Positions 1 to 11,600 of a stretch of DNA of 64,000 nt are shown here, one piece after another (position 1 is the stretch's first letter; every line of letters begins with the position of its first letter). A program made the translations under genes and the position numbers. The notes under the pieces were generated by a model. It was not told where the DNA came from. It saw nothing but the letters and a program-made list of their open reading frames with translations, and ran no database searches. Source of the stretch: Chiloscyllium plagiosum (Eukaryota); assembly GCF_004010195.1 (NCBI RefSeq), contig NC_057719.1, forward strand, positions 49,747,662 to 49,811,661. Reading direction: 5' to 3'.

Positions 1-215
1 ATAGGGGGGATGTCAGGGGTGGGTTCTTTACCCAGAGAGTGGTGGGGGCATGGAATGCGCTGCCTGTGGTAGTGGTAGAGTCAGAATCTTTGGTGACCTT
101 TAAGCGGCAATTGGATAGGTACATGGATGGGTGCTTAAGCTAGGACAAATGTTCGGCACAACATCGTGGGCCGAAGGGCCTGTTCTGTGCTGTATTGTTC
201 TATGTTCTATGTTCT
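1..215 (+). mobile_element. CR1/HER1-type LINE 3' end
   Basis: FFTQRVVGAWNALP-type C-terminal ORF2 segment, gggccgaagggcctgtt 3' UTR motif and (gttctat)n tail. Confidence 0.9.
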
Positions 216-216
216 A

Positions 217-1050
217 AAAGCAGAAAACTCTAGGCCAGTTAATTTAACATCTGTCAGGGAGAAAATGTTAGATGTTATTATTAAAGAAGCTATGGCAGAG
301 CACTTGGTTAAGTTCAATGTAATCAGGTAGAGTTAAAAAGGTTTTTGTGAAAGGGAAATCATATTTGACCAAGATATTGGAGCTCTTTCAGGAGGTAACA
401 CAGACTATGGATAAAGGAGAACCAGTGGATACAGACTTCTGGAAGATATCTGATAAAGCGCAACATCAAAAATTATTGCAGAAAATTAATGTTTGTGGTG
501 TAGAAGGTAGCATATTGGTGTGGATAAAAGGTTTGCTGGCCAACAGGAAAACATTGTCATAAAAAGCTCTCTTTCAAATGGTGTGTCATAGGGATCAATG
601 CTGGGACCTCAACTGTTTCCGATTTATATCAATGACTTAAATGAAGGGACAGAAGGTATGGTTACCAGATTTTCAGACAATGCAAAGACAAGAAGCTAGA
701 AGAGGAGATATTAAAAAATTATGGACAGGTTAAGTCGTGGACAAAGATGTGACAAATGCAGCATAATTTGAGAAAATGTGCAATTTTCCACTTTGACTGG
801 AATTGAAAAGAGAAGTATATTATGTAATTGGAGAGAAATCATAGAGCTCTGAGATGTACAGCAGTCTAGATATCCTTGTGAATGAATCACTAAAGGTTAG
901 CATGCAGATACAGCAAGTAATTAGGAAAGTTAATGGAATGTAATCATTTATCATAAGGGGAATTGAGACCAAAGTCAGAAGATCATGCTTCAGTTACAGT
1001 GGGCAGTTGTGAAGCTGCATCTGAAGTACAGTGCACTTTAAAGAAGAACA
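217..1050 (+). mobile_element. Old degraded CR1 reverse transcriptase fragment
   Basis: RPVNLTS, KGKSYLTKILELF and QGSMLGPQLF-like motifs with many stops and frameshifts. Confidence 0.8.
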
Positions 1051-1159
1051 TAAATACAATGGGGACAGTTAGATAGAAAGACTAAAACGTAAGACAGTAA
1101 AGGAGTAAGTAACATAGATGGGAGCCACAAATTTCATGTTTTTGCTGAAGGAGACTGTT

Positions 1160-2480
1160 GAGCAAGGTTAGATCTCATGGAATATAGGGAGAACTCACCA
1201 TTTGGATACAGAACTGGCTCAAAGGTAGAAGACAGAGGGTGGTGGTGGAGGGTTGTTTTTCAGACTGGAGACCTGCGACCAGTGGAGTGCCACAAGGATC
1301 GGTGCTGGGTCCTCTACTTTTCATCATTTATATAAATGATTTAGATGTGAGCATAAGAGGTTCAGTTAGTAAGTTTGCTGATGACACCAAAATTGGAGGT
1401 GTGGTGGACAGCGAAGAGGGTTACCTCAGATTACAACAGGATCTTGATCAGATGGATCTTGATCAGTCAAGTGGCAGATGGCGTTTAATTTAGATAAATG
1501 TGAGGTGCTGCATTTTGGGAAAGCAAATCTTAGCAGGACTTATACACTTAATGGTAAGGTCCTCGGAAGTGTTGCTGAACAAAGAGATCTTGGAGTGCAG
1601 GTTCATAGCTCCTTGATAGGATAGTGAAGGCTTTTGCTTTGCTTTCCTTTATTGGTCAGAGCATTGAGTACAGGAGTTGGGAGGTCATGCTGCAGCTGTA
1701 CAGGACATTGGTTAGGGTTTAGATCAGAGTGGTGCTGGAAAAGCACAGCAAGTCAGGCAGCATCCGAGGAGCAGGAAAATCGACGTTTCGGGCAAAAGCC
1801 CTTCATTGATTTTCCTGCTCCTCGGATGTTGCCTGACCTGCTGTGTTTTTCCAGCACCACTCTGATCTAAACTCTGGTTTCCAACACTTGCAGTCCTCAC
1901 TTTTGCCTAGGATATTGGTTAGGCCACTGTTGGAATATTGCGTGCAATTCTGGTCTCTTTCCTATTGGAAAGATGTTGTGAAACTTGAAAGGGTTCAGAA
2001 AATGTTTACAAGGATGTTGCCAGAGTTGGAGGATTTGAGCCATAGGGAGAGGCTGAATAGGCTGGGGCTGTTTTCCCTGGAGCGTCGGAAGTTGAGGGGT
2101 GACCTTATAGAGGTTTATAAAATCATGAGGGGCATGGATAGGATAAATAGACAAAATCTTTTCCCTGGGGTCGGGGAGTCCGGACTAGAGGGCATAGGTT
2201 TAGGGCGAGAGGGCAAAGATATAAAAGAGACCTAAGGGGCAACGTTTTCACTCAGAGGGTGGTATGTGTATGGAATGAGCTGCCAGAGGAAGTGGTGGAG
2301 GCTAGCACAATTGCAACATTTAAAAGATATTTGGATGGGTATATGAGCAGGAAGGGTTTGGAGGGATATGGGCTGGGTGCTGGCAGGTGGGATTAGCTTG
2401 GGTTGGGATTCCTGGTCGACATGGACGAGTTGGACCAAAGCATCTATTTCCCTGCTGTATATCTTTATGACTCTATATCT
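1160..2480 (+). mobile_element. 5'-truncated CR1 LINE interrupted by a Penelope-derived mini-element
   Basis: GVPQGSVLGPLLFIIYINDLD, KFADDTK, RPLLEYCVQFW, LFSLERRKLRGDLIEVYK; ends in tatgactct tail. Confidence 0.95.
1717..1908. mobile_element. Palindromic Penelope-derived mini-element
   Basis: Fold-back of the Penelope terminal sequence; TSD aggacattggttagg (1702-1716) / aggatattggttagg (1909-1923). Confidence 0.85.
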
Positions 2481-4532
2481 ATATATTTATTACTATGGAT
2501 ATCACTATGAAATAGAGCAATAGACAATTAAATTTAAAATACTGTTTTAAAATGTGATATCAACGATAAAGAAAGATTACATTGCTGGGAATTTACACTA
2601 ATGGCAAATTTTACTTTTTACACATATCACTGAAGTTTAGTTTCCTTGCTGTTTAAAATATTTTTCTGTTACTGCTTCAAAATAGCATGAGATAGAAATG
2701 TCTTGTTGTTAACATGTATCAGCAACCTTGCAGGGGGAATAATGGTGCGAGAAACCTTGTATCTGAGCTGTGAAAAAACATAAGATCAATCATTCAAACT
2801 GTAATATCATTGCAACAGCCAAGGCTCATGAGGGGTGGTGGAACTGAAAGGATCTTACCTTGGGAATTTGCTTGTCTCTTAAGTGGGGAGAATACTACTC
2901 AGGAACAATCTGATTGGTTGACTACCTACTTGTGATTAAAGAAAATGTGATAATTCCATTTGGAGGCCTTAAACTTCTTTCTTTAAAGAACTCAGAAATT
3001 TAAACAATAGATGCCAAATCAAACTGATAATTGCCTTTCAAACTCAAGAATTAGTTACATACAAAATATTGTTTGTGTTTCAAAGAGATTATTTAATGAA
3101 TATTTGAGAGAGATAACGATAATGTGTATAGCTTTCCTTTGTGAGTAATTGTGATTCTAAACAATTCTAATGACAAATTATTTGATAGTGTCATTTAATA
3201 GCATTGTCCAGACAGAAAAAGTGAAAGTTAGAGCCGTGTTCCACCTAGAAGTAAAGGACCAATGTCTTGTGTAATAGGACACTGAGTTATAAATGGAGAA
3301 GTACAGCTGCTGTTAACATTGTGGCTATTCTCCAACATGCCCCCTCAGTTTGTAATTCACAGAATTTTACACTTTAGATTTATTGAGCATGTAAAACCCA
3401 CAGTCAAAACACCATACAATTTTGCCTACGTTCCTAATGATAGTCACATGTTGTAAAATGTGTCAGAATTCTAAGAGCTGAAATTTCCTTATTGTACACA
3501 CTGCATAGTTTACAAATTAGCTGCAACTTACACCTTCGATATCTATTCACAGAATGAAGGTGGTGCTGGCAAGTCCTTTATTTATTGGCCATCCCCACTT
3601 AGCCTTGAGAAGATTCTAGGGAGTCAATGTCTTATAGTGCTACTGAATGTGTGGTGTGGGTACATCCAATAGGCGGCTAGAAATGGAGTTCCAGGATTTT
3701 GACTGTGAGACAGTGAAGGGATGATAGTACATTATGCATTACTGTCACAGTGTACTAGTGGTGGAGGGAGTGAATGTTTACGTTTTAAACACATGTAATG
3801 CTTAAGCCACTTCAGCAAACTACTTTGGTAACATTTAGCTTCTCTGTTGTTGGAGTTGCCATCACTAGGCATTTGTGTGGCATAAATGTTTCTTGTCGTT
3901 GAGGAATTGTGACTGTCACTGAACACTGGTCAATTATCAGCAAGCATTCTCATTTTTGATCTGATGTTGGAGGGAAGGTGATTGATGCAGTACAAATGTC
4001 TGGGCCTAGGACACTACTCTAAGTAACGCAAGGTACCAAAGCTGAGATGACTGGCTTCCAACAATTAAAACTATCAACAATGAAAAGATCATTGGTGAAT
4101 AATGCCATGTATAGCATTATTGAAGATATATTTCAACACTTTCCTGACCACTGGAAGTTGTCTAACTTGGTAGTACCTAATCAAAGTAAATTTCTTCACT
4201 TTTACATAGATGAGCCATTCCTGAATAATTTCCCATATTATTATAGCTCTAATGGATCAGCCTGGGTAGGTATGCATAAGTCTTCAGTACCATTGCCCAA
4301 ATGTTGTCAGGGCCCATAGTCTTTGCAATATCTAAAACCTCACCTTCATTTCTTGATTTCTATTGGAATAAATCTAATTGGCTTAAGTCAGGTGTCTGTC
4401 GGGCTGAGTGTTTCAAGAAGAGACCTAGATGAATGATCCATTTGGCACCTCTTGCTGAAGATAATTGCATAAGTTTCACTCTCATCTTCTTGTGTGCTGT
4501 CATTATGAAGAATGGGGATACTTATGAAACCA

Positions 4533-5525
4533 GGTCGAAAGTGTGGTGCTGGAAAAGCACAGCAGATCAAGCAGCATCCGAGGAGCAGGAAAATCGATGT
4601 TTCGGGCAAAAGCCCTTCATCAGGAATGAAGCTGTGAGCCATGGGTGGGGAGATAAATGGGAAGGGGGAGCTGGGGGAAGGTAGCTGAGAGTGCAATTGG
4701 TGGGGTAATGGTGATAGGTCGGAGAGGAGGGTGGAGCGGATAGGTGGGAAGGAAGATGGACAGGTAGGACAGGTCATGAGGGTGGTGCCAAATTGGAAGG
4801 TTGGAACTGGGATAAGGTGGAAGGGGAAATGAGGAAACTGGTGAAATCCACATTGATGCTTTGTGGTTGGACGGTCCTGAGGCGGAAGATGAAGCATTCT
4901 TCCTCGAGGCATCAGGGTGGTTAGAGAGTGGCAATGGAGGAGGGCCAGGACTAACTGTCCTTGATGGAGTGGGAGGGGGAGTTGAAGTGTTCGGCCACCG
5001 GGCAGTGGGGCTGGTTGGTGCGGGTGTCCCAGAGATGTTCTCTGAAGCACTCTGCAAGTAGGTGTCCTGTCTCCCCAATGTAGAGGAATCTGCATTGGGA
5101 GCAATGGATACAGTAAATGACGTGTGTGAAAGTGCAGGTAAAACTCTAATGGATGTGGAAGGCTCCTATGGGGCCTTGGCCGGAGGTGAGGGTGGAGGTG
5201 TGGACACAGGTTTTGCAATTCCTGCAGTGGCAGGGGCAAGTGCTGTGAGGGGAGGGTGGGTTGGTGGGGGGTGTGAACCTGACGAGGGAGTTGCAGAGGA
5301 AATGGTCTTTACAGAAAGCGGATAGGAGTGAGGAGGGAAATATATCTCTGGTGATGGGATCCCTTTGTAGGCGGAGGATGATGCAATGTATGCGGAAGTT
5401 GGTGGGGTGGAAGGTGAGGGCCAGTGTCCTTGTTGCAGATGGAGGGTGAGGTTCGAGGACTGAGGTGTGGGGAGTGGTTGAGATGTGCTGGAGGGCATCA
5501 TTGACCACATAGGAGGGGAAATTTA
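4533..5525 (-). mobile_element. Penelope-like retroelement 3' fragment (Cys-rich linker, GIY-YIG endonuclease, terminal repeat)
   Basis: LALTFHP...LQRDP..RDIFP, CPCHCRNCKTC linker and frameshifted GIY-YIG region homologous to 40157-40726; terminal sequence with a hammerhead motif at 4592-4627. Confidence 0.9.
4592..4627 (-). ncRNA. Hammerhead motif, CpG-decayed variant
   Basis: Minus strand AUUC-CUGAUGA-A-GGGC-UUUU-GCCC-GAAA-CAUC-GAUU. Confidence 0.55.
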
Positions 5526-6975
5526 TGACGCCTCCTCCTCTGGTTAGATGTTTAACTGTTATTCACCAGTGAATAAACTGGTTTTGAGATTGCTTAGCTC
5601 TATCTATACCACACTGCCTTTGCTGTTTAGTATGCATGTATTCCTATGTTGCAGCTTCACAAGATTGATAACTTTCTTTTATACATGCTCTTGGCATGCA
5701 TTCCTTATTGAGCCATGTTTGATCCTTGATGGTACAAGTTATGCCAAGCCACAAGGTCATAGATTCTGGTTATGCTGATAGATCATAACATCAGTTTGAC
5801 CTGATATCAGAAGGCTTCTCGGGATGCATTATCAGCAATAAAGCCTGCTCCATTCCCACTGTAGAATTTCAGGGTGGGACAGCTCATTCCCAGGATGTTG
5901 TAGGAAGGATGTGGCTCTGCAGATAAGATTACATTAGGGTGACTAATTGTGGGTCAGCTCTCCCAATTTTGACTATTCACTTAATCTGTCAGCATTTCTT
6001 TATAGCAGTATTGCACCCTCTTCATAGCTTGAATTCTTACCTGACTATGTATTGTCAGCAAACTTAAATAAATTACTCTCCATTTCTTTGTCTAAGTCAT
6101 GAATTTAGCTTGTAAATAACTGAGACCCCAGCACTGTTCCTTGCCTAACTCAACCAGTCACAGCAAGTTATCCCTTTTTTCTGCATCCTGTATATTCACC
6201 AATCAGGTATCCATGTTAATACATCACCCCAACTCCAAGCCCTAATTACGGTTACATTGTTTTGTGGCATCCTATCAAATATCTTTTAGAAATCTAAGTA
6301 TACCTCATCTATGCACCCTTACCTACCCTGCCTGTTACATTCTGAAGAACTTCTAATAAATTTGTCAAACTTCATTTCCCTTTTACCAAAACACATTGAC
6401 TTATTTAATTGTTCTATGCTTTTCTAAGTGCCTCGTTAAGACTTCCTTAAGAATAGATTCCAACACTTTACAAATGACTGATGTCAGGCTAACTGGGCTG
6501 TAGTTCTTCAGTTTCTCTGTTACTCCTTTCTTAAAATCGGTGTTACTTTTGTCTATTTCTAACCTGCTGAGATGATTCTGGAATCTAGAGAATTTTGGAA
6601 AATCGTAGCCAGCATATCCATGATTTCTGTAGCTATGTCTTTTAGAGCCCCAGAAAAGATAGGCCATGAGGTTCTCAGAAATTGTCAGATTTTAGTCCCC
6701 GAGGACTTTCTGTGCTGATATTAATTACCTCAAGTTCTTGCCTCACTGTTACTAACCCTCAGACTATCCTTTATTACTGCTATGTGAGGGCAGACACAGA
6801 ACATTTACTAATGTCTCTGACATTTCCTCATTCCCCATGATATTTTCTCCATCTTTTAAAAATATACTCTTAGCTGGTTATCTTGCACACATTTGCTTTC
6901 TCATTTGATTAATATTTTGGTGGTCCCTTGCTGTTTCTAAAACATTCAGAATGCTCAGACTTATTACATCTTTTT

Positions 6976-7262
6976 TTTAGATTCCCTACAGTGGGGAAAC
7001 AGGCCCTTCAACCCAACAAGTCCACACCGACCCTCCGAAGAGTAAGCTACCCCCCTCTGATTAATGCACCTAACAACTATGGACAATTTAGCATGGCCAA
7101 TTCATCTGACCTGCACATCTTTGGAATGTGGGAGGAACCGGAGCACCTGGAGGAAACCCACACAGACATGACGAGAATGTGCAAATTCCACACAGACAGT
7201 TGCCCAAGGCTGGAACTGAACCTGGGACCGTGAGACAGCAGTGCTAACCACTGAGCCACCAT
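6976..7262 (-). mobile_element. HE1 SINE (tRNA-derived, V-SINE)
   Basis: Head ggtggctcagtggttagcactgctg, central ggagtttgcacattctc-type domain, LINE-like tail. Confidence 0.9.
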
Positions 7263-8799
7263 GACATCCTATTAGAAGTTTCTTCTTAACATACTATCCT
7301 TAACATTCTTAGTAAGCGACAAGTGGATCTTTCTCACTGAATTTTGTTTTTTAATGCAAGATAATTTGTTGAACAATTTTAATTGTTTTTTAAATTATTT
7401 TGCACTATTTACTTAATGTTAAGTATTTTACATACTTCCTATATCAACCTGCTCAGAGATGTTATTACACAGCTCTGGAGCATATGAGACCTGAACCTAG
7501 ACATTCTGGGCCAGAGTTAGGGACACTAGAGAAAGGACAGTAACATGGACCACAGTCAGCAGCATTCAAACCTTTGCAGGGACATCCCCAGTGGATTTTT
7601 ATTTGATCATCTGAGTCTCTTTATCCAATCAACCTTATCCAACTCTCCGTCTTGCCTATGTAATCAGCTTTGTTTAGGTTTAAGATTCCTGTTCGTGATT
7701 GGTGTGCCATTTTCAAAATTAATGTGGAATTCAATTGTATCTTGATTTCCATTTCCCAGTGGATCTTTTAGAATGTCATTATTAATTAGCCTGGCCTCTT
7801 TGCATAATACGAGATATGAAATAACTTTATCCCTAATTGGCTTTGCCGAATATTATTGCAGGAAACTATCGTGAAATCATTCTACAACTCATCTCCAAGA
7901 CTATCTTTGTAGCTTGATTGGTTTGACATTTAGTTGTTAGAAGCCCCAACAATGTTTTTAAAAAAAGTTCTGTCTAACAATATAACTACTGTAAGAGGAC
8001 TTACAATCTACTCTGCAAAGTGTTTTCTGATTTTTTCTAAGCTCTACCCATACTGATTCAAGTTCCTGATCTTCTGATTCTTCCTCAGTCATGTCCTTGT
8101 GTCATCTATTATTATTAGGGTTATACCTCCTTTCCTATTCCACCTGTTTTTTTAAATGTTCTGCACTTGGAATATTTATTGACCAACTTTAGTCATCATA
8201 TAACCACATCTCTGTAATAATCATTAGACCTGAACGTTTATCTCCAATTGTGCCACAAGTTCATCTATCTAATTGAAGACGTTCGGCACATCCAAATAAA
8301 GTAAGTTCAATTTTACCACAATTTTCTGCACAGACTTACTCTCAGATGCACAATTACCTTTAAACTCTCTGTCTCACAACTTGTTCCTACCTGCATCGAT
8401 GTACTTTTCTATTGCCTCCACTCTTATTTTTGATTTCTAAATCTCCCATCACCAAAATGTTCCTTTCTCCTTTGTTAGTTCGGACATTTCTTCTTACTCT
8501 GAACATATTTGTTGGCATACTCCTATGGTTGTGAGTTCTGTCCTTTCCTGTCAGTCTAGTTACCAATACCCATAGTGCTCTTCCACACTATTGCCTGATC
8601 CTCTTTTACATTCCAAATTTCTCCTCTTGTGAGCCTTAGCTTCATGCCCTCTGTATATCCTTAGTTATACGACTCACAAGGATACTGGTTCCAATGAAGG
8701 CAGTCTCAAAAGTACAGCTCTCACTTTCCCAAGTAATGGTGTTAGTGCCCAATGAATCTAAATTCATTGAGACCCACCTCTGAGCCATGCATTCTTTGA

Positions 8800-9025
8800 A
8801 AGAGCATAGAAGTTAGGAGTTGAAATAGACCATTCAGCTGTATGAGCCTGCTCCACCATGATCCAATCCAGTGCCCTGTTCCCACTTCCTCCCCATACCC
8901 TTTGATCCCTTTAGCCCTGAAAACTATATCTAGCTCCTTCTTGAAATCATTCAATGTTTTGGCTTTAACCACTTTCTGTGGCAGAGAATTCCATAGGCTC
9001 ACCACACTCTGGGTGAAGAAATTAT
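8800..9025 (-). mobile_element. CR1 3' fragment
   Basis: FFTQSVVSLWNSLPQK...FKKELD motif. Confidence 0.85.
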
Positions 9026-10169
9026 TTATTGATTTTATTTAACCTGTGAAAATTTGCTTGTGGCTCAGGTAGTAATCCAGCAATTATTACTCTTGTGTTT
9101 CTGCCTTTGATTTAACCCCCTAATTTAGTTACTCATATTGCTCCAGCAGTGCCTCTTCCTTAATCCATTGGTGCCTGCATGGACCTTGACTCATGAATCC
9201 TTTCTCTCTCATAACAAGTTCCTTTCTAGCCCAGAGAAGAATTCCTAAATCTCAGCACAAGCAAACTCATGCGCACCATTGCGGAGAACTGTAGCTGACA
9301 TCCTAACCATATTATCTTTTACTGCAACCATATTATTTTTCCCACAGCCCACTTGAATGGCTCCCTGCACCATGATCAGTTTCACAGCTCATTGTGGTCA
9401 GTTTCATCATCCATTCTGCAGTCTCTGCTCTCATCCACATAAGCTAGAATAACCTCAAATTTGTGGAACAAATGGAGCAGCTGCTGCTTCTTTATTTCTA
9501 CTTTTTTTACTTCCATCCCTTTTTCACTTGCATTCACACCCTCCTGTCCCAAATCACAGATCAAATCTGAAGTATCAAGCCTAAGGGTTGTAAATGTCTC
9601 TGAGAACAAAGTGCAAAGTAACTTTCCTTCTCCCTGATAAATTGCATTTCCTAGAGCACAGACTGCAGCTCATCAACTCTAAATGAAAGTTCCTGATGCC
9701 AAAGACATTTACTGCAGATGTAGATGCTATGGATTACACTGGGTGTTCAGCTGCAACACATTACCAGTTCTGTTATCTTAATTGTATGTGATTCAATTAA
9801 TTAGGTTTCATGTTTAGAAATATCACTCAACTGTTACCTTTAATTACATCACGCAGTTTAACAAGACAACCTAAAAATATAATGGAAGAGAAAAATACCT
9901 TTACCTTCACTGGACCAGTTTAAACTACTGCCTTGACAGAGGGGTAAAATCTTAAAACTCACCAATCATCAATCTGATCATCTAATTAATAACTTTGAGC
10001 ACTCACCAGCTTGTTGGGACTTTAAATAAATATTAAAAGCAACATCTTTCAATTCATGCCTCCAAATTCCAAATTAACCATCATTCCTCATCATTGCCAA
10101 CTCTATCTGCCCATTGTATTAAATACCCCACTATAAATGCAGTGCCCTTCAACAGTCATCTATCAGTCT

Positions 10170-10382
10170 AGGAGAAAGTGAGGTCTGCAGATGCTGGAGA
10201 TCAAAGTTGAAACTTTATTGCTGGAACAGCACAGCAGGTCAGGCAGCATCCAGGGAACAGGAGATTCGACGTTTCGGGCACAGGCCCTTCCCATTCCTGA
10301 AGAAGGGCCTGTGCCCGAAACGTCGAATCTCCTGTTCCCTGGATGCTGCCTGACCTGCTGTGCTGTTCCAGCAATAAAGTTC
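10170..10382. mobile_element. Young palindromic Penelope-derived mini-element
   Basis: 80-bp perfect inverted arms (10211-10290 / 10302-10381); 15-bp TSD catctatcagtctag (10157-10171 / 10383-10397). Confidence 0.9.
10293..10328 (+). ncRNA. Minimal type I hammerhead ribozyme motif
   Basis: AUUC-CUGAAGA-A-GGGC-CUGU-GCCC-GAAA-CGUC-GAAU: conserved core, 4-bp stem II, palindromic ACGU in place of stem III, GUC triplet, 4-bp stem I. Confidence 0.7.
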
Positions 10383-11136
10383 CATCTATCAGTCTAGAAC
10401 AATTGAAGTACTTTATATACTTCCAATACTCTAAAAAAAGGGTTTGAAAAAAGTAATGTAGCTCATTTACTGCAGCATCATTTTCAAAACTGACATGAAC
10501 TTTTGCAAACTCATCAAGGCAATTTTATTCCTATTCAGAAAGATGATGTAATCACATCTAAACGTCTTTAATATTTAGCCTATTAACATCTGACTAGGTG
10601 CAGGAGTTTTCCAGTTAATTATAGATAAAATACTGCAGAGTCAACAGCTTACTGTGTCGATGAAGTACAAAACCTATACTGTGTTTTTAAATAATATGTT
10701 AAATTCAACTGACTATGCAAAGAAGCAAATTTGAAAGCTATGCCAGAGAAATAGGTTAATTCCATTATGACATCTATTTAAATTAAACCCAATTGTCAAT
10801 GAAATCCCAACTATTTAACTTAAGCAGTGTAGATGTTTATAACTCATTCATTCTTTGTCTGCTGACACTGACTGTAGTGTGAGGTGAGTCAACAGAGATT
10901 GGGAGAATTCTGAGAGCATTAGAATCAGCAATTCACCGCAACAACAGGAAATATATGTTCCGTTATAAGGCTGCTCCATCTCACTAGTTACTTGTGAATT
11001 AAACATTATAAAATTTAATAGCAGTTTGATCCTATCTCTGAAGACACAATTTCATTTTTTTAACTCTGTCTAGTAACTTTGATTTTAAAATGGAGGAAGA
11101 TACAAAAAAGTGAGACCAGCAACATAAGGCTGTTAC

Positions 11137-11212
11137 CTTCTATTATTGAAGCTGTTAAAACTGAAGTACCATAAGCAGCTAGTGGTGCCACTCTAGCCGA
11201 ATGCTTCTTCAT
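11137..11212 (-). CDS. slc35f4: Alternative first coding exon of an SLC35F3/SLC35F4-family solute carrier (probably slc35f4)
   Basis: Minus strand gcagaagATG (A at -3) reads MKKHSARVAPLAAYGTSVLTASIIE+G, then donor GAAG|GTAACA (76 nt, phase 1). Matches the recalled N-terminus of the short human SLC35F3 isoform (MKKHSARVAPLSACNSPVLTLTKVEG). F4 rather than F3 is inferred from the exon at ~21.7 kb. Confidence 0.85.
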
Positions 11213-11600
11213 CTTCTGCAGTAATTCGTGGAGTTATTTGTACTTATAGTTTCCTATAGCTGCACATATCTCAGATACCGTGCCGGAAACCCAGTAGTGA
11301 AGCTAAGTCTGTTGCTTGAATGATTGTTTGGAAGCAATGCAGCATGCTTTGGATACTGATGTGCTGTTTCCCTGGGAACCTCTTCATAACGTAGTAACTG
11401 AGTCTTGACCTCTCTCAGCCTGAGTCTAAACACTTCTTCTTTGCTTGCATTGCTGGTTTAGATGGGCTAGAATCAGGCAGCAAGATTTAAAGAGGGAGAG
11501 AGCTAACCTCCCTGTGTGTGGAACAGCACTTCACTTGCGTCAGTGCAGTGCTTGCCTGCTCTTAAAGAAATGGCCACAACTATTCTTCTGTGGGAATTGC
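11213..11600 (-). promoter_or_regulatory. Putative internal promoter and 5' UTR of the short isoform
   Basis: Repeat-free sequence upstream of the ATG with TATA-like TTTAAA (11486-11491), CRE-like TGACGCA (11536-11542, minus) and three uORFs. Confidence 0.45.

Larger units (their letters stand above)
3560..5980 (-). mobile_element. Highly decayed LINE (CR1/L2 group), interrupted by a Penelope copy
   Basis: Begins with the reverse complement of a gggatgggcaataaatgctggc-type 3' tail also seen at ~22.8, 33.3, 34.7 and 44.4 kb; interior is degenerate. Confidence 0.5.
5980..9800 (-). mobile_element. Old near-full-length CR1 (ORF1 zinc-finger remnant to RT) with nested insertions
   Basis: NYSPVSLTSVICKVLESILKE (6401-6667) and a YICSKCL..QEL ORF1-like motif near 9690-9730; heavily decayed. 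Confidence 0.65.

Noticed and set aside
1439..1466. Short ggatcttgatcag direct repeat
   Set aside because: Local slippage with deletion inside a dead CR1 copy.
4388..5239. 283-aa Pro/His/Leu-rich ORF
   Set aside because: Off-frame read-through of the C-rich Penelope strand; not a host protein.
7077..7262. tRNA-like sequences and recurring MVAQWLALL ORFs
   Set aside because: These are HE1 SINE heads with A/B boxes, not tRNA genes or proteins.
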